A stretch of 64,000 nt of DNA from Perkinsus olseni (taxonomy: Eukaryota): NCBI GenBank assembly GCA_013115125.1, contig JABANN010000114.1, positions 1-64,000 of the forward strand. Direction: 5' to 3'. The notes beneath the pieces are model-generated. The model was given only the letters and a program-made list of their open reading frames with translations. It did no database searches and had not been told where the DNA came from. This document shows positions 12,621 to 25,322 of this stretch, piece after piece. The stretch's first letter is position 1; each line of letters starts with the position of its first letter. The translations under genes and the position numbers were made by a program.

Positions 12621-15600
12621 ATGACCAAACCGCCATTGGAAAGCAATCCTCCCTCCACCCGTTCGCCAGGCAGTCGGTTTTGGTTGAGTACGGCGGCGGC
12701 TCCCCTTACTAAGCGTAAGAGCTCGGCTGTTTATTATTGTGGACGCAAGACCAACACCAGACACCAAAACGGCAACACCAACTCGATCAATATCCGTAGC
12801 CTACAGTGAATGCATGGAGAGCACGAAGCCTCGAGTCACCGTCAATGAAGGTGAAGTACTTTCCTTTGCTACATAGACGAGTTACCCTCTGTCAATCAGC
12901 ACTAGGGCCGATACCTTTTGAAGCGTCACGGCAGCAAGAATACCTCCTCTCATCCTCGCAATCTACCCGTGGGGTAACTGTACAGTATCCAGTGGAGAGG
13001 CGGTACAACAGCAATGATGAAGAGAATACGAGATGGATGGATAACGTTGGCCAAAGAGGGTTATCTCCTAAGGATAATTACTCCTCGGTCCAAGTTCGAC
13101 CAACATTCCGTAGTGTCCTCGTTACAGTACGATACCACATAACAGTATCGTCCTCAGGGGAAGCTGATATCATATCAACCCCCTTGAGGGCATCATCGGA
13201 TGGGGTCAACCATTCGCTGGCCGCCCGCACCAGGCCAACTGCACACATCAACTTCGACGAGGCCGCGTTCGACAGGTAGCCAAATGGTCTCCGGCCATCC
13301 GGTCCATCCTCAGCAGCTCAGGTATTTCCGTAACTTCAAAGAATCCAGAGGTGCAAGCATGTATTATACGGCCGAGTCTGGGGCATACCGACCACCCGGT
13401 ACATCTCCGCCAGAGTCGATGGAAGATCGTACCACTCACTTAGTAGTTTCGACCGAGACTAGACAGGCCCTTACACCCCGGTCCTGATAGATTCCTCAAG
13501 TGTCGCTGGCACCCACACCCTCCGTTAAGTCAGTGGCCACCGATACCCCAGCGTGCAGTGTATCATTGCGTCAGCCCGACATGGTAGACCGGGCCACATC
13601 TCCAATCAGATGGCGGCCGAGGAATACGAGGACTGCCGGGGTAGCTAGCACTCAAGCGCCTAGAGTGGGGACACGAAAGGGTGGAACGGCAACTGGCACC
13701 TGCGGCACTGGCAATAAGCGGAACCAGAGAGATGCCGGCGCTCTGGAGAGTGGAGCGTGTCGAGACGCGGCCCTGGAGGGTGGCAGGGGGGTTGAGGGGA
13801 GATCTCCTAGAAAGGGGCCTGCCCGCCACGATGATCCGTTGGAGTTGGAAGTCGACCAAACACCACCGAGTGTGCACCTATCTGAGGATGAGGTCGATGC
13901 GTCCATCGATAGTTCTGCGGCAAGTGTAGGCAGATGATGGAGGTAAGATAGTACTTATCCATCATCAGGTATCCAATACCATCACACCGAACTCTCCTCC
14001 TCCCGTACTGCCACTGGTGGAAGTGGAACAGTTAGTAGTGTCAGTACTGGAGAGATGCCTCGAGGATGCCAATACCCCTCGTGGACACTACTCCCCTGCA
14101 AACAGAAACGGGGACGTAGAACCCCATGTGGCCGACAAGGCAGGTGTGGCTAGGGCCATCAGTCCACCTCCCGGGGGCCGGTCGAGGAGCAGGTGATGCA
14201 TCGTAGTGACTTAAGGACTGCGCATCCGGTAGAATATGATAGACCCGTGAAGCGGTCCAGTACAACGCGGAGTAAGAGACGAAGTACCTCTGCTAGGGAT
14301 GATGCAGCGGACAAAGAGCTGGAGATCCGCCAGAGGAGGGCATCGAGTATGAGGGAGACCAAGGAGGAGAGGGAGAGGAGGCTGAGTACTAAGCAATGGC
14401 ACTCGTCACTCGAGGGGCTCCTTGCAGAACTCATACACAGAGCTCCTCCGACGCCGGTCAGAGTAGAGAGACAGGACACGACTGAGGATAATGAGGTTAG
14501 GAAGGAGCGGCCCAAACACGGGATGGAGGGATGGTAGGCATGCACGTTGGCAACTAGCAGGGACTCTGATCCTAGGTATAGTTCGCGGAGGGCACGAAGT
14601 CTGGTGCGGGAGAGGGCGAGGGAGGGAGTGTTGATGCACGCTCGCGAGGAGACTATTGCCGCATTGGCTAAGATCGAGTCCGTCGCCAGACGTCGGGTGA
14701 GCTGAATAGTCCTACATTACCACGGCATAGGGCCACTGCAGGAGGAACGCCAGAAAAGACGGGTGCCAAGCCATATAGTACCGCGGAGAGCCTCTCCGGC
14801 TTCGCGTGGTGATAACCCTTCCGTGGACGGGCCCAGGCATACCCCTGCGCGAAGTACGTGTAAGCAGGTCCTGATCGTACATATAGGGCTGACCCACGGA
14901 TTACCAGGTGACACGTCGTCGAGGAGGAGGATGATCTCAGCAGGGGATTCGGAAGATGGCAGCCCTGTGCCGCCAACTGGGCTGAGCTTAAATCTTGAAG
15001 AGGTATCAGCGAGCCTTTCGAGGAGCGCAGTGTCGACTGCACGGAGCTCGGCGTCGAAGAAAGAGAGGAACCGTAGCGCTCAAAAGAAGTTATCCTCCGG
15101 CATCTCTACCGCCGAAGCAGCGGATGAGGAGAGTACCATGATTCTCTCGAAGAGCATTAAATGAAAGTCTCCCCTCTAGTAGGTAACTCCTCCCCGCCGC
15201 ACGGGCCAACGGACTGTGGAAGCTCCGTCTCCGTCCATGATAGAATATTAGCTGAAGTGGAGATGCTCAGCCTTGCCTGCTCACTGCGCCCAGAAGGTCC
15301 AGGTGTACAGGAGGATACACCGGAGAGAGATGGATACATGCGCCCACCCTCCCGTGGAGCAGAATCCTGGAGGCCATTGGGGAAGACTGGGTGGATCACA
15401 CCAGAAGAGGCTGCCGGAGAGAGTCCCGGCCGACCACAGCAGGGTCATCATTTGCCACCGGGTAGTCGGGCACCGCGTATCTCGATGCTCGACCCATCGA
15501 TACTTGGTTCCTTCACAGCCTTCCGGCCACCCTCAAGGGGAGGCTCCTATCTGCACTACGAACAGCGTGCGTCTTCCTCCTATCTCGATGACGGCAGGGC

Positions 15601-16316
15601 TACCAGTTGGGAGGCCTTAGAACCCCGAGTGAGGATCTTTACCAGTCGACGAGCAGCTTCCTCAGCGTACCGTTTGATCGGATGCTCTAGTGACTTCAGG
15701 AGGGCAGTATCGTCTCGACACTATCAGACTTGCTCACCGATGGCGATGCAGGCTATGAGCCGATCGATCGAGGGCTCCAGGACAGGGATGCTCCGACTCC
15801 ATCACGTAAGTGTTGTCATGTGTTGTGTCACCTCGCCACTCTATCAAAGGATCAGGTGGGCAAAGAGCAGAGCATTCAGCGACCAGGTCATCATCCATTG
15901 AGATCATAGGCTGCGAAAGTGTTGCCAGCATTGTACGTGGGCGGTGTCATCAAAACGAAGCATTCAACCTCCCTTGCTAGGATGTTGACATCTCCCCGGG
16001 TGCCGCCGAACCTCTTCTCGGCCATTCAACGGAATATACCGGCATCGACGGGATGAGTGACGTCCTTGTGGACGAAGTTCAAGAAAGAGCGGAGGAGCTG
16101 GGAGACAATATCGATTCGAGCAATTACGATGTACGGTGGTGTAAAGAAGCTCTGCCAACTCCTGGTCTACCTGGATTGCCATGCTGCCTAACAGTAGTCA
16201 CCAGGCCTTCTCAGGAGGGGCCACGTGATCGGTCTCCGTCATTGACTTCGCAGCGTCGAAGCTTAACCCCGGCTATCAATGAATTGATTGCCGAGTTCCT
16301 GGCCGACTGTGAATAG
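12621..16316 (+). CDS. Large low-complexity (S/P/R/E-rich) hypothetical protein
   Basis: Consecutive long + strand ORFs joined by short introns, including a charged segment (KELEIRQRRASSMRETKEERERR). Ends AEFLADCE*. Confidence 0.5.
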
Positions 16317-16822
16317 AGGCACTTGAGACTCGCAAGTTGCGAGGGACCTGCCCAGCCCGCCCGTGCTATCAGAAATATCTGATTGGAGTCCTGGCGTGAT
16401 CAGCATGATTTGGGGTTCTATCTTCCATAACGACTGTTTTGTTTTGTTATGGCTAGTGATGTTGGATCAACGAGTAAGTACATCTCGGAACTTCTAGTCG
16501 GAAGTATATCACGCAAGCGATGCTCGTTTGATGCATCCGTTATGAAGTCCCTTCATTGAAGTTACCTGGTTCCTGTGAGGGTCCGATTATTAGTGGAGTT
16601 TGTCCCGGAGAGACTACGCCAGTCGGTGGCGCCACTCAGAAATGGGTGTGCCGATGTACGGTCGCCAATCGCATCAGAAAGACTACGAAACTCAACATTG
16701 ACATTAGAACTCTCAGAAGCTATTCGTATTCGTGACTTTCACACACTACAGTGAGAATTATCTGCATGAAAAACAGTCCCAAGTCCAGAGCATCCTCTCT
16801 GTCCAATGGGATGTATGCGTAA

Positions 16823-17863
16823 TCAATTAAAGGGGTTAAGAATGACGATTCCAACTCCAAAGGTGGTATATGAATCGGAGGAATCAGAACGAGCCGTCGT
16901 TGAACTCTTCACCATCGCCGTGGTGCTCGTAGTAGTTCTGGTAGCCACCGTGGATGAGCTCGTGGGCTCCGTACCGATGCCGCCAGTTGGTAAGCTGGAG
17001 ATATGCATCTTGGTAGAAGTACTTCCTAACCCATCCAAAGCCGTGAAAACGGCGACGCTTGGTGTCGCGGTGGTAGCGTCGCTCGCTGAAGAGGTTATCA
17101 TTGAACTTGATGCATCACTGGCACCGCCAGTGGCACTTTTCGAGTCGGTGATGGGGGCCACAGACGAGCCGGTCGCCGCGTGAGTGTTGGAGGTTACCAT
17201 TGAGATTGATGAGGGAGTGGCAGGCGAAACCGAATGATGTCTCGTCGTAGTCATGGAGCTAGGCACATCAGTGTGAGTAAGCATTTCAGATCGATATTCC
17301 GTGGTTAACATCCCGCTCGTGGTGGCTTCGACGACACGCGTCGTACTCTGAGGCGAAGTTGCCTCTTCTGTGCCTGACTGGTCGTCCACTGAAGTTGGAA
17401 CACTTCCAGTCGTCGGGCAGGCCGTAGTAACAGATGCAGGAGCGCCTGTAGACGTAGTCGCGGTCGTAGTAGTAGAAGCTCCCTGCTCGCCCCTCAAGCT
17501 AGAGACACCATCTGTTGGGCTCTGTGATGTGTGAAGCTGGGTCGTATAGGTTGCATTATGACCAGGGGGGTGGGCAACACTCCCGTCACATGTCATCAAT
17601 GCAAGGGTCTGATCGTCACACGTTGAGTCATTAGGGTGGAAGCACGGGGTACCGTCGGACTTTATATAAATACCAAAACAGGTGGGAGGGTCTTGCCAGT
17701 ACTTGCAGTATGTCTCGTGAGAAAGAGGGTCACTGCTGCACGCACTGATAGACTGACAGGCCAAAACACAGTTGATGTTGGGGTCGATGGCCGTAGGAGA
17801 GACGATGGTGACGAGGTTCCCGAAGAAGGCCAAGATATACATTGCCATGACGGATACGGACAT
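16823..17863 (-). CDS. Secreted protein: N-terminal Cys-rich domain plus Ser/Thr mucin-like stalk
   Basis: Uninterrupted 346-aa ORF with a hydrophobic N-terminus, C-x3-C-x5-C...YCKYWQDPPTCFGIY...CFHPNDSTC, then ~230 aa rich in S and T. Confidence 0.75.
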   Translation of the reverse strand: MSVSVMAMYILAFFGNLVTIVSPTAIDPNINCVLACQSISACSSDPLSHETYCKYWQDPPTCFGIYIKSDGTPCFHPNDSTCDDQTLALMTCDGSVAHPPGHNATYTTQLHTSQSPTDGVSSLRGEQGASTTTTATTSTGAPASVTTACPTTGSVPTSVDDQSGTEEATSPQSTTRVVEATTSGMLTTEYRSEMLTHTDVPSSMTTTRHHSVSPATPSSISMVTSNTHAATGSSVAPITDSKSATGGASDASSSMITSSASDATTATPSVAVFTALDGLGSTSTKMHISSLPTGGIGTEPTSSSTVATRTTTSTTAMVKSSTTARSDSSDSYTTFGVGIVILNPFN

Positions 17864-18447
17864 ATATATTTAGCAAAGACGGAGAGAACTCGAGGAGGGC
17901 GGCAGATGCAGGCGGGGCGAAGCGTAGAAATAGTCGATCTCACTAATATTACGTCCAAGCGAATCTAGCAGTCGAAAATGGCATGGAGCCCTCAGTATCA
18001 GCAGACTCGGCCAACTCAACGCAAATCATTGAGGGAGGGGGCAACAACAGTGATAAGTGATATGATTTACGTAATAGATTGCTACATGGAGCTAGAGCCG
18101 ACAACCATGCCAAAAATTTAGTGTAAAACATGAATTTGGTGATGAGATAATTATTGAGTGAACTTCTCACGACATAGTGCATCATTAAAAGGTTCCACGG
18201 ACACTCGATAGGCGATTACAGGAATATGATTTCATCGTCATCCACGCAGTGACAGCCACGACCACAAAACACATACTTCCATCAGGAACCAGGAACACTC
18301 GTCATCATACACCGATGCTACTTTTGCCTGAGAGCAATAGTTGGAGGATTGAAGTTGTCTGTAATCAGTCCTGCAGTGACCCCTCAGCGATCAATCCTTC
18401 ACCGATATATACCACAGCAGACGAATGGATGGGGTCAGCAGCAGCAT

Positions 18448-19669
18448 TCACCAAAGTGTATGAAAGATGTATAGATTGCTCGAAAGCGTTTTAGTTGATA
18501 GCAAGGAAGAGGACTTGAAGAACTGAGAAGTTATGCTAGTTAGGCATCTTGTATGGGGATTCATTTGGCCGGAGGTGGTAGATAAGAACGAAGGGAGTCG
18601 AGACCGCCGCAGCTGCTCCGGTCTGCACTCTCCCTTCAGTTCATTAGTTGGACACACCTGAGAGAAGAGGGTAGACTAGCTATGTTTTGATATCGTGTGC
18701 TACTCTCGTCTTGCGGAGGAGGAGACGCCGTCGCATCATCGGTTCCATTAGTGAAATGCGCCGCGGCGGTTGCACTGGTCGAAAAGTGCAAAGGGGAGAG
18801 GTAGCCTTGGAAAATGCCGAAGGTTGGGGAACAGTCAGAGCCGGGGGCGAGGCTTCCAGCTGAAGAAGCATCCATGAAGGCGTCGTCTCTTGTAAAAGTG
18901 GTCTTCTTACATGGGAAGTGCGGCGGAACGATCGGTAACATGACGTTGGAAGGACTCTGCTGTCCAAAGCGTTGTTGGTACTGCATCATCCTGAATAGAC
19001 TCCAATAGTCGACGTCGGATACTAGAGCCGACTCACCTGTATATGGCAGAGCTTGAAGGGCTGCCTTGAGGGGGCGGTGCGAAGTTCGAGAAAGGATTCA
19101 CGCCGGTCATCGAGGACAACTGCGAAGGGAATGTAAGAGACAGCGGGTGATCGATATGCGGTCTTGCACCCACCACAGTGGTGTCACCGTCGCTGCTCGG
19201 TATTCGCGCTATAGGTGAGCCTGCAGGCAGGGGCTGTCTAATGTGGTTGATGAAAGCGCTCTGTGGCGAGAGGTCGTTAATGCTAATGTTGTCTTGGTTG
19301 TTGCCGGGTGGTGATTGTTGTGCTGCCGCCACCGCCGCTGCTGCGGCCGCTGCTGCTGCAACAGCTTGCTGATGAGCCGCCGCCACTGCTGTTGCGATCT
19401 GCGGATTGGCGATCTGCGGATTGGGACCCTGAAAAGGATCTCTGCCTGTTCATTGGTACTAGCCGACAGCGGATGGTAATCATCATCATCGCAGTCGACG
19501 ATGATCAGAGACGGTCAACGTAGCAGACTGGACTGCTGAGGATGGTTGGTGGATGGCTTCTACCTGGACTCACCTGAACCATATTGGCTAGAAGCCTGGA
19601 CATTATCTGTTGTTGCTGACTCGGGTTCATCGCGGATATATGATTCACTGTCGCCGATATCCCTGACAT
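18448..19669 (-). CDS. Low-complexity (Q/A/P/S-rich) hypothetical protein
   Basis: Exons MSGISATVNHISAMNPSQQQQ..., ANPQIATAVAAAHQQAVAAAAA..., MMQYQQRFGQQSP... bounded by GT/AG sites. Both ends uncertain. Confidence 0.45.
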
Positions 19670-20420
19670 GACGACCCAGTGTTTTAATCCCAGCAGTGCT
19701 CATCGAACCGCGCTGACATTCTCAATAACACTATCTAATTTACAAACGGAATAATCGATCCACTAGCGCGTTTGAAACGTGTCTCGGCACTAGGATAGCA
19801 GGCTGAGGTGGCAGTGGTAGCAGTAACATTGAGAGCTGTTGCAGACCACGGTAGTAGTAGGAGCAGAAGCATCGTATTTGAGCAGAAAGCTCGCATAGAC
19901 AGCAGTAGCAGGAGCAGAAACAGTGAGCTAGAAGCTCTCATAGGCGGTAGTAGTGCGGACGAATGGGTATGGTATTGGCAGTAGTAACGTAGTCAACGAC
20001 AAACTGCATTGCGCGCTAGTGATAGAGTACCGTTCTCGTAGTGTGACAAGAATCATCAAAAATTAATACTTGCGCTTTCATATCGAACGAACGTTGTGGG
20101 GATATTGTTATATTAATAATGAGCACGACTTGTATCACACGATCAGAGACAGCAGCAGGACCAGCAGCAGCAGACAGAGGCAGCAAATTCTTCTCGCAGC
20201 GCTGCCTCCACCACTACTGCGCCACCACCATCAACATCATCATCATCGCTACCACCGACAATTGTTGTGGTCGAAGACAGCACCATTAGTGAGTATTACA
20301 ATCGATCCCTCAGCAGAAATGTTCCCTACTACTCAGACCACTAAGGGACTTCATGCGAATTTGAAAGATTCTAGTGTACTTGATCACCCACTGATGGCAG
20401 CAAGAGCAGAAGCAGTATCA

Positions 20421-23214
20421 TCATGAAAGAGGGGGTAGCTCACTAGAGAGGCTCTCCTCATACTCAAGCAGAAAATTAGCTATATCATCAGTGAAGGTAC
20501 CCGTTGGGCTGGGATCCGGTATTTCATGTGCTTGTTGTTGCTGTTGCCGCTGATGTTGTGGTCCAGCAAGATAATGATGCCCTTGATGGAGAGCCTCAAC
20601 GGGCAGCATCACTCCGCCGACAGACGCCAATGGTCCGGAGGGTGGGGATTGGTCATATCTAAGGGTACGAGTACATAACGAGTTGTTAGTAACTTGCGCT
20701 TCTTACGCTGTGCTGGCTACTGAGCTCACGGTTGCATAGCGGTTGGAGGTGAACATCAATGGGGGACTTCCAGCAGCCCCAGGGATACCGTGTTTGAGTG
20801 GGAAGTAGGACTGAGTACCCCCCTAAGAGGAAGGCAGCATGAGTATTGATAATACCGGCTGCAATGCCATGAAGACCTGCTTACTGTTCTCGAGCTGGCC
20901 CCTCCTCCTCGGGGGCCACCATTACGATTGTTGCTGTTACCCATACCGCCGGGCACCCAGGTCTGGTTAGTAGCATATGATACGTTGATAGATCGCGATG
21001 ATCCGGGAAAACAATACTCGTTCATGGACATGGCAGCCTCCGCATCAGGAGCCTGGCCATCATGAACAGTCATGGCTATTCGAGGCTCAAGAGAGAGCAC
21101 TCACGTAAGCGAAGGTGACGAAAGCTGCACCCTTGGACTTCCCCTCAGAGTTGGTGAGCAATGCAACTTCGAGGATGGGACCAAACTGCCCAAACAACTG
21201 GGCCAAGTCTATTGTAGTCTTACTGTACGGTAGGCAACCCACGAAGAGCTGAAGTCAAGAACTCGGTTGGCCTCCGATTGAGATGATGACGCTACCTTAG
21301 CAGGCGTGAGGTCTTCCTGTGGGAGGTTTGGACTTGGTATGAGGACACTCGGGGGTTGCCTCGTCTCAGAATTGCCTGAGGTAGCGGTGGCTGTGACGGT
21401 GGGATCAATATTCCAGGGTTCATACGCCCCTTCCCCTCACTTTCGGGCTCTGCAGCTCGAAGGAGACCACTGGAGGTATTAATCGGATCGGGAGACCCAT
21501 CAACCTGCACAGTAGCGAGTCGGTCGGGCGGCGCTGACCCAGTAGCCCTCCACCTACCCTTTGTTGAGAGGTACCTCCCCCACGAGTCTCGTCCGGATGG
21601 CCGGTACCACTAGGCACTCTTCCAAGAGTATAGCCACTGCTGCTGATACCACTGCTGTCAGCTTCTGCAAGGAAAGCTGCTGTGAACATTACAGGCGACA
21701 AGTAATTACTAACCTCTACTGCTGCTAGGGGCCTTAGGGAGGGGCACCCCTCCTCCTCCAACTTGTGAATTGTGAGATGATGATGGCGATTCCGTACTCG
21801 AGAAGCGCCGAATTTGATTGGCAAAGTATGCACGTACAGCCGGGAGATGCATATTATTAACATGAAATTGACGTAGATGACAAGCTTGAACCTACCCATG
21901 AAAGCCTCTTCAATCACAACAGCAGCAGGAGTAGTGGCGGGGGCAGAAGAGGCTATGGCTGCTCACCAGTGTGGTTGCAGGCTCTCGGGCATTGAACTTG
22001 ACAAAGCAAGCACCAGTGCTCCGACCCTGTTTCCGGAAGAGCATGAATTCCCTGATCTCCCCGTAGGCATCGAGTGCTGTGAGGAGCTCATGCTCGGCCA
22101 TCTCCGTCCTAGACAAACCGAAAAAAATGATGAGAAGAACAATATCATCATCCTTGGCAACCTACTCATCCCTGGGCAAGCCAATTAGGTAAACACGGTT
22201 CTCCCTTTTCTCGAGCTCCCCGGTAGCGTATTTTACTTGCATAGCAGCACGAACCTACACAGAAAGCTGCCAGGTGAGGTGAGGTCCCCAATCCACCACC
22301 ACCACCACCACCACCTACATGCCCAACGTAGAACTGCCCGTGTAATCGAGCTATGCAATCGTCACAGGATTCTCTTGTAAGATACCTGATGCGGAGCGGT
22401 GGTCCTGCGGGTAAGTTCGGACGGCGGCAGAACTAGACATCATACTTAAGCCATGCACAGCCCTTGCTACGCCCTTCCCTGTCCCGTTGAATGGCCAACT
22501 CCACAATGTCACCGAATTGTGCGAAGAGTGGGTACCTGAGGGTCGAGCCAGTGCAAAGAGAGGCCAAGCATGAGACCCTAGCCTACAAGTCATGCTCCGT
22601 CGTGTCGAATGGCAAGCAGCCTACAAAAAGCTTATACGGTCCCTCGTCGTCACAGTGACTCGTGTTAACACCATGCTCCTGTCAACTCCAATGAGTGAGG
22701 AGCTCCCGAGTCTGCACTGCCTACCCAGGCCATACGATTCAGCCATGTGATCTCATCACCATCCTCTATCACGCTCGGGTGGAAGGATGATGACCCGTCA
22801 GATGGCGATACGCCAGGTTTCCCTCCTCCTGCTGCAGCTGCCGATCCGACGACACTGAATGGCACGTAATACTAGTGGGATGCGGAAGATGCTGCGCTCA
22901 CTTACCTCGCACCTCCTGAGACGCTGCCTGTCTCCGACTTGCCAGGAGATAGTGACTGAGGCACCTGATCATCGGGGATAGTGCTGCTGCCGCTATCACT
23001 GTGGATAGTTGGAGCCTACAAAGTCCTGCGCATCAGCTTTGAGCCTTCCACTATACGCACTCCGGGACTCCGACGAGCTTTCATCGGATCCTGAAGTCAA
23101 TGGTCATGTCGCTCACATCACGTTGTATTCCCACGTCTTACCGGGACTGCCGGGCGGCTCTTCGTGTGGGGACGAACCTCGCCCCGATGATAAGTGGGTC
23201 GTCGGGGTTGGCAT
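20421..23214 (-). CDS. CELF/Bruno/FCA-like RNA-binding protein with 3 RRMs
   Basis: RRM1 KLFVGCLP...RSKGCAWLKY; RRM2 RVYLIGLP...RSTGACFVKF; RRM3 LFVGCLP...KSKGAAFVTF...SINVSYA. Confidence 0.8.
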
Positions 23215-23380
23215 CACTAAGGTACTACTTCTACTGAATCCCTCTACCCATGACGAGGGCCTCCTAGAATGCCCACCAACATTGATAATAGGAGAATAGA
23301 AACGTATTATGATGATAATGATGATACGGCATGCACAGCAGTATTCTACACTTGTTGAATATTCACAGGTTAACAGCACT

Positions 23381-25039
23381 TCACAATCCATCACGCCGTC
23401 GGTCGCGGTACATTGTCATCACATGAGCTACAACACTCTCTAAGTGGAACATTATTTTAGGAGATCCACGGTGGACCCGGGATTCGTACCTGTGCGGGAT
23501 TTAGGCCATATGATCTCGGTGGAAAGACTCACACTGCTGACCAAGCCGCTAATCTAGACCAATTCTCCGGGGCACCCCCGAGGGCATCTCCCAAGAGTAA
23601 GAGCAAATGATAGAATATCTCACTTGGGGGTATGTGTACTGCCAACAGACCATAGAGCTTCTCTCTTATACCCTGAACTGGTATGCTCCCCACCCGTCCA
23701 CCCCGTCCACGCTCACTTTCAACTGCCTTGTCGTTTGCTCGGCCAATATATCTCTAACTATGCCCTCTATGATTACCTACTCACCGATATCAATACCATG
23801 ATCGTCACGGCGGCCCAGCGGGACTGCACTTTCCAAGGTAGCTTCGCCAGTGGCGTGTTCGCGTTCCTTAAAGCCTGATGATTACCACCATTCTGTGCAA
23901 CTATCGCGTCCAGCTGCATCAGACTGTATCGCATATCCCCTTTTGCCTCCAGTGCTGAATATCAATGACCCTGAGGAGGTCGGCGCCCTCTGGGACGGGT
24001 CCCTCACCTATCATAGAGGACAAGTGTGGATTCATCTCCACCCCTTGCTTTGCCTGCACTCTCTCCAGCTCAGCTTTCACCTGGCATCACTTAGCCCAAC
24101 AGCAAGCCTAGAGCATACCATCTACCTGTTCTACGGTGGGTCGGGGAACTCTTATTGTGATGCATCGGCTACGCAAGGGTGGTATCAATGGTGCTAAGGA
24201 GTCGGCGTGGAAGAATATCTTCAGCACGGCTACGTACCTAAAGAGGGCATTGGAAGCCTCTGACGGTGGTTTACTGTTACTTTTCCATGGTTCGTCTAAG
24301 TCCAGCCTGAGCTGATCGACTGAGGTTATGAGCATCATTGATGACCACTACTCTGAATGGTGCATCCACGCCTAGGGGAGGTGCCTGTGCCATCTCCTTG
24401 ATGAGCTAACAGGAAGCCTCTACAATGTAAATAGGACGATGACAGTCCACTACGTGTTGTATGACCACTACATCCTTACTACCCACTTCAGTAGGGGTGA
24501 CTTCTAGATGATAATTACTACATATCACCTGATGCTGCTGTTAGCATACACTACACTCAGATGATGATCATGCATCACCTGTACATCCAAACTCGAGTCC
24601 GAGTTTGTATCCTTGATGGTCCTGAACTCATGCTTAGCCTGAGATATCGTGAACCCCCTACCCTTTTCACTACCCTATACCACTCCTTACCTTCAACACC
24701 CCCGGCCCAAATATCTCCCTCAACATGCATTGTATCCTGAGTGGGCGTGTCACTTTACCGTCCTACTCACACCACCACCGCCACCATCCTACCTAGTCAT
24801 CTTGCCTCCTCCCGTCGGACCGTAGAACAGTAGATGCGGCAAGTCAGTGCTACGGCGTGCCTGAAGAGCGGTGGCGTCCAGTCTCCTTTGCCGCCACGCC
24901 GCGTCGTTGCCGTCTCGAATCGAGCGTGAGTCAAGATAAGATTCCTTTCTACCAATCCCCTGAGCACTCCTGTGATGCTGTCATGATACGTGAGGTCATC
25001 AAGAGTCGTAGGCCGCTCACTGTTGATGAGAAACGCCAT
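23381..25039 (-). CDS. RFC3: Replication factor C small subunit (human RFC3 / yeast Rfc5 type)
   Basis: MAFLINSERPTTLDDLTYH, PHLLFYGPTGGGK, SNYHLEVTP, LSRSAQAGLRRTMEK, IPPLRSRC, and C-terminal KIMFHLESVVAHVM. Confidence 0.9.
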
Positions 25040-25322
25040 GCTCAGTGATGAAGATTCACCAAGGAGGACTGATGACAGTAGCGTGGAGGAAACCCAAGAT
25101 ATGCCAAGATGAACAAGTCAAATTTGCGATTAGCGCTCGCCCAACATGACGTAACCCAAGTCCTACTTCGTACAAAAACGATTATCACTGATGGTAAAGC
25201 ACCGAATGTCCACAGGTAATTGTCAACCTTGCAGTGGCAGCAACAACTATTGATGATAATAATAAAACTCATAGATCACACAAATCTGCTGGGTGGGATA
25301 TTGTTCTTGTTCTTGACCTCCT

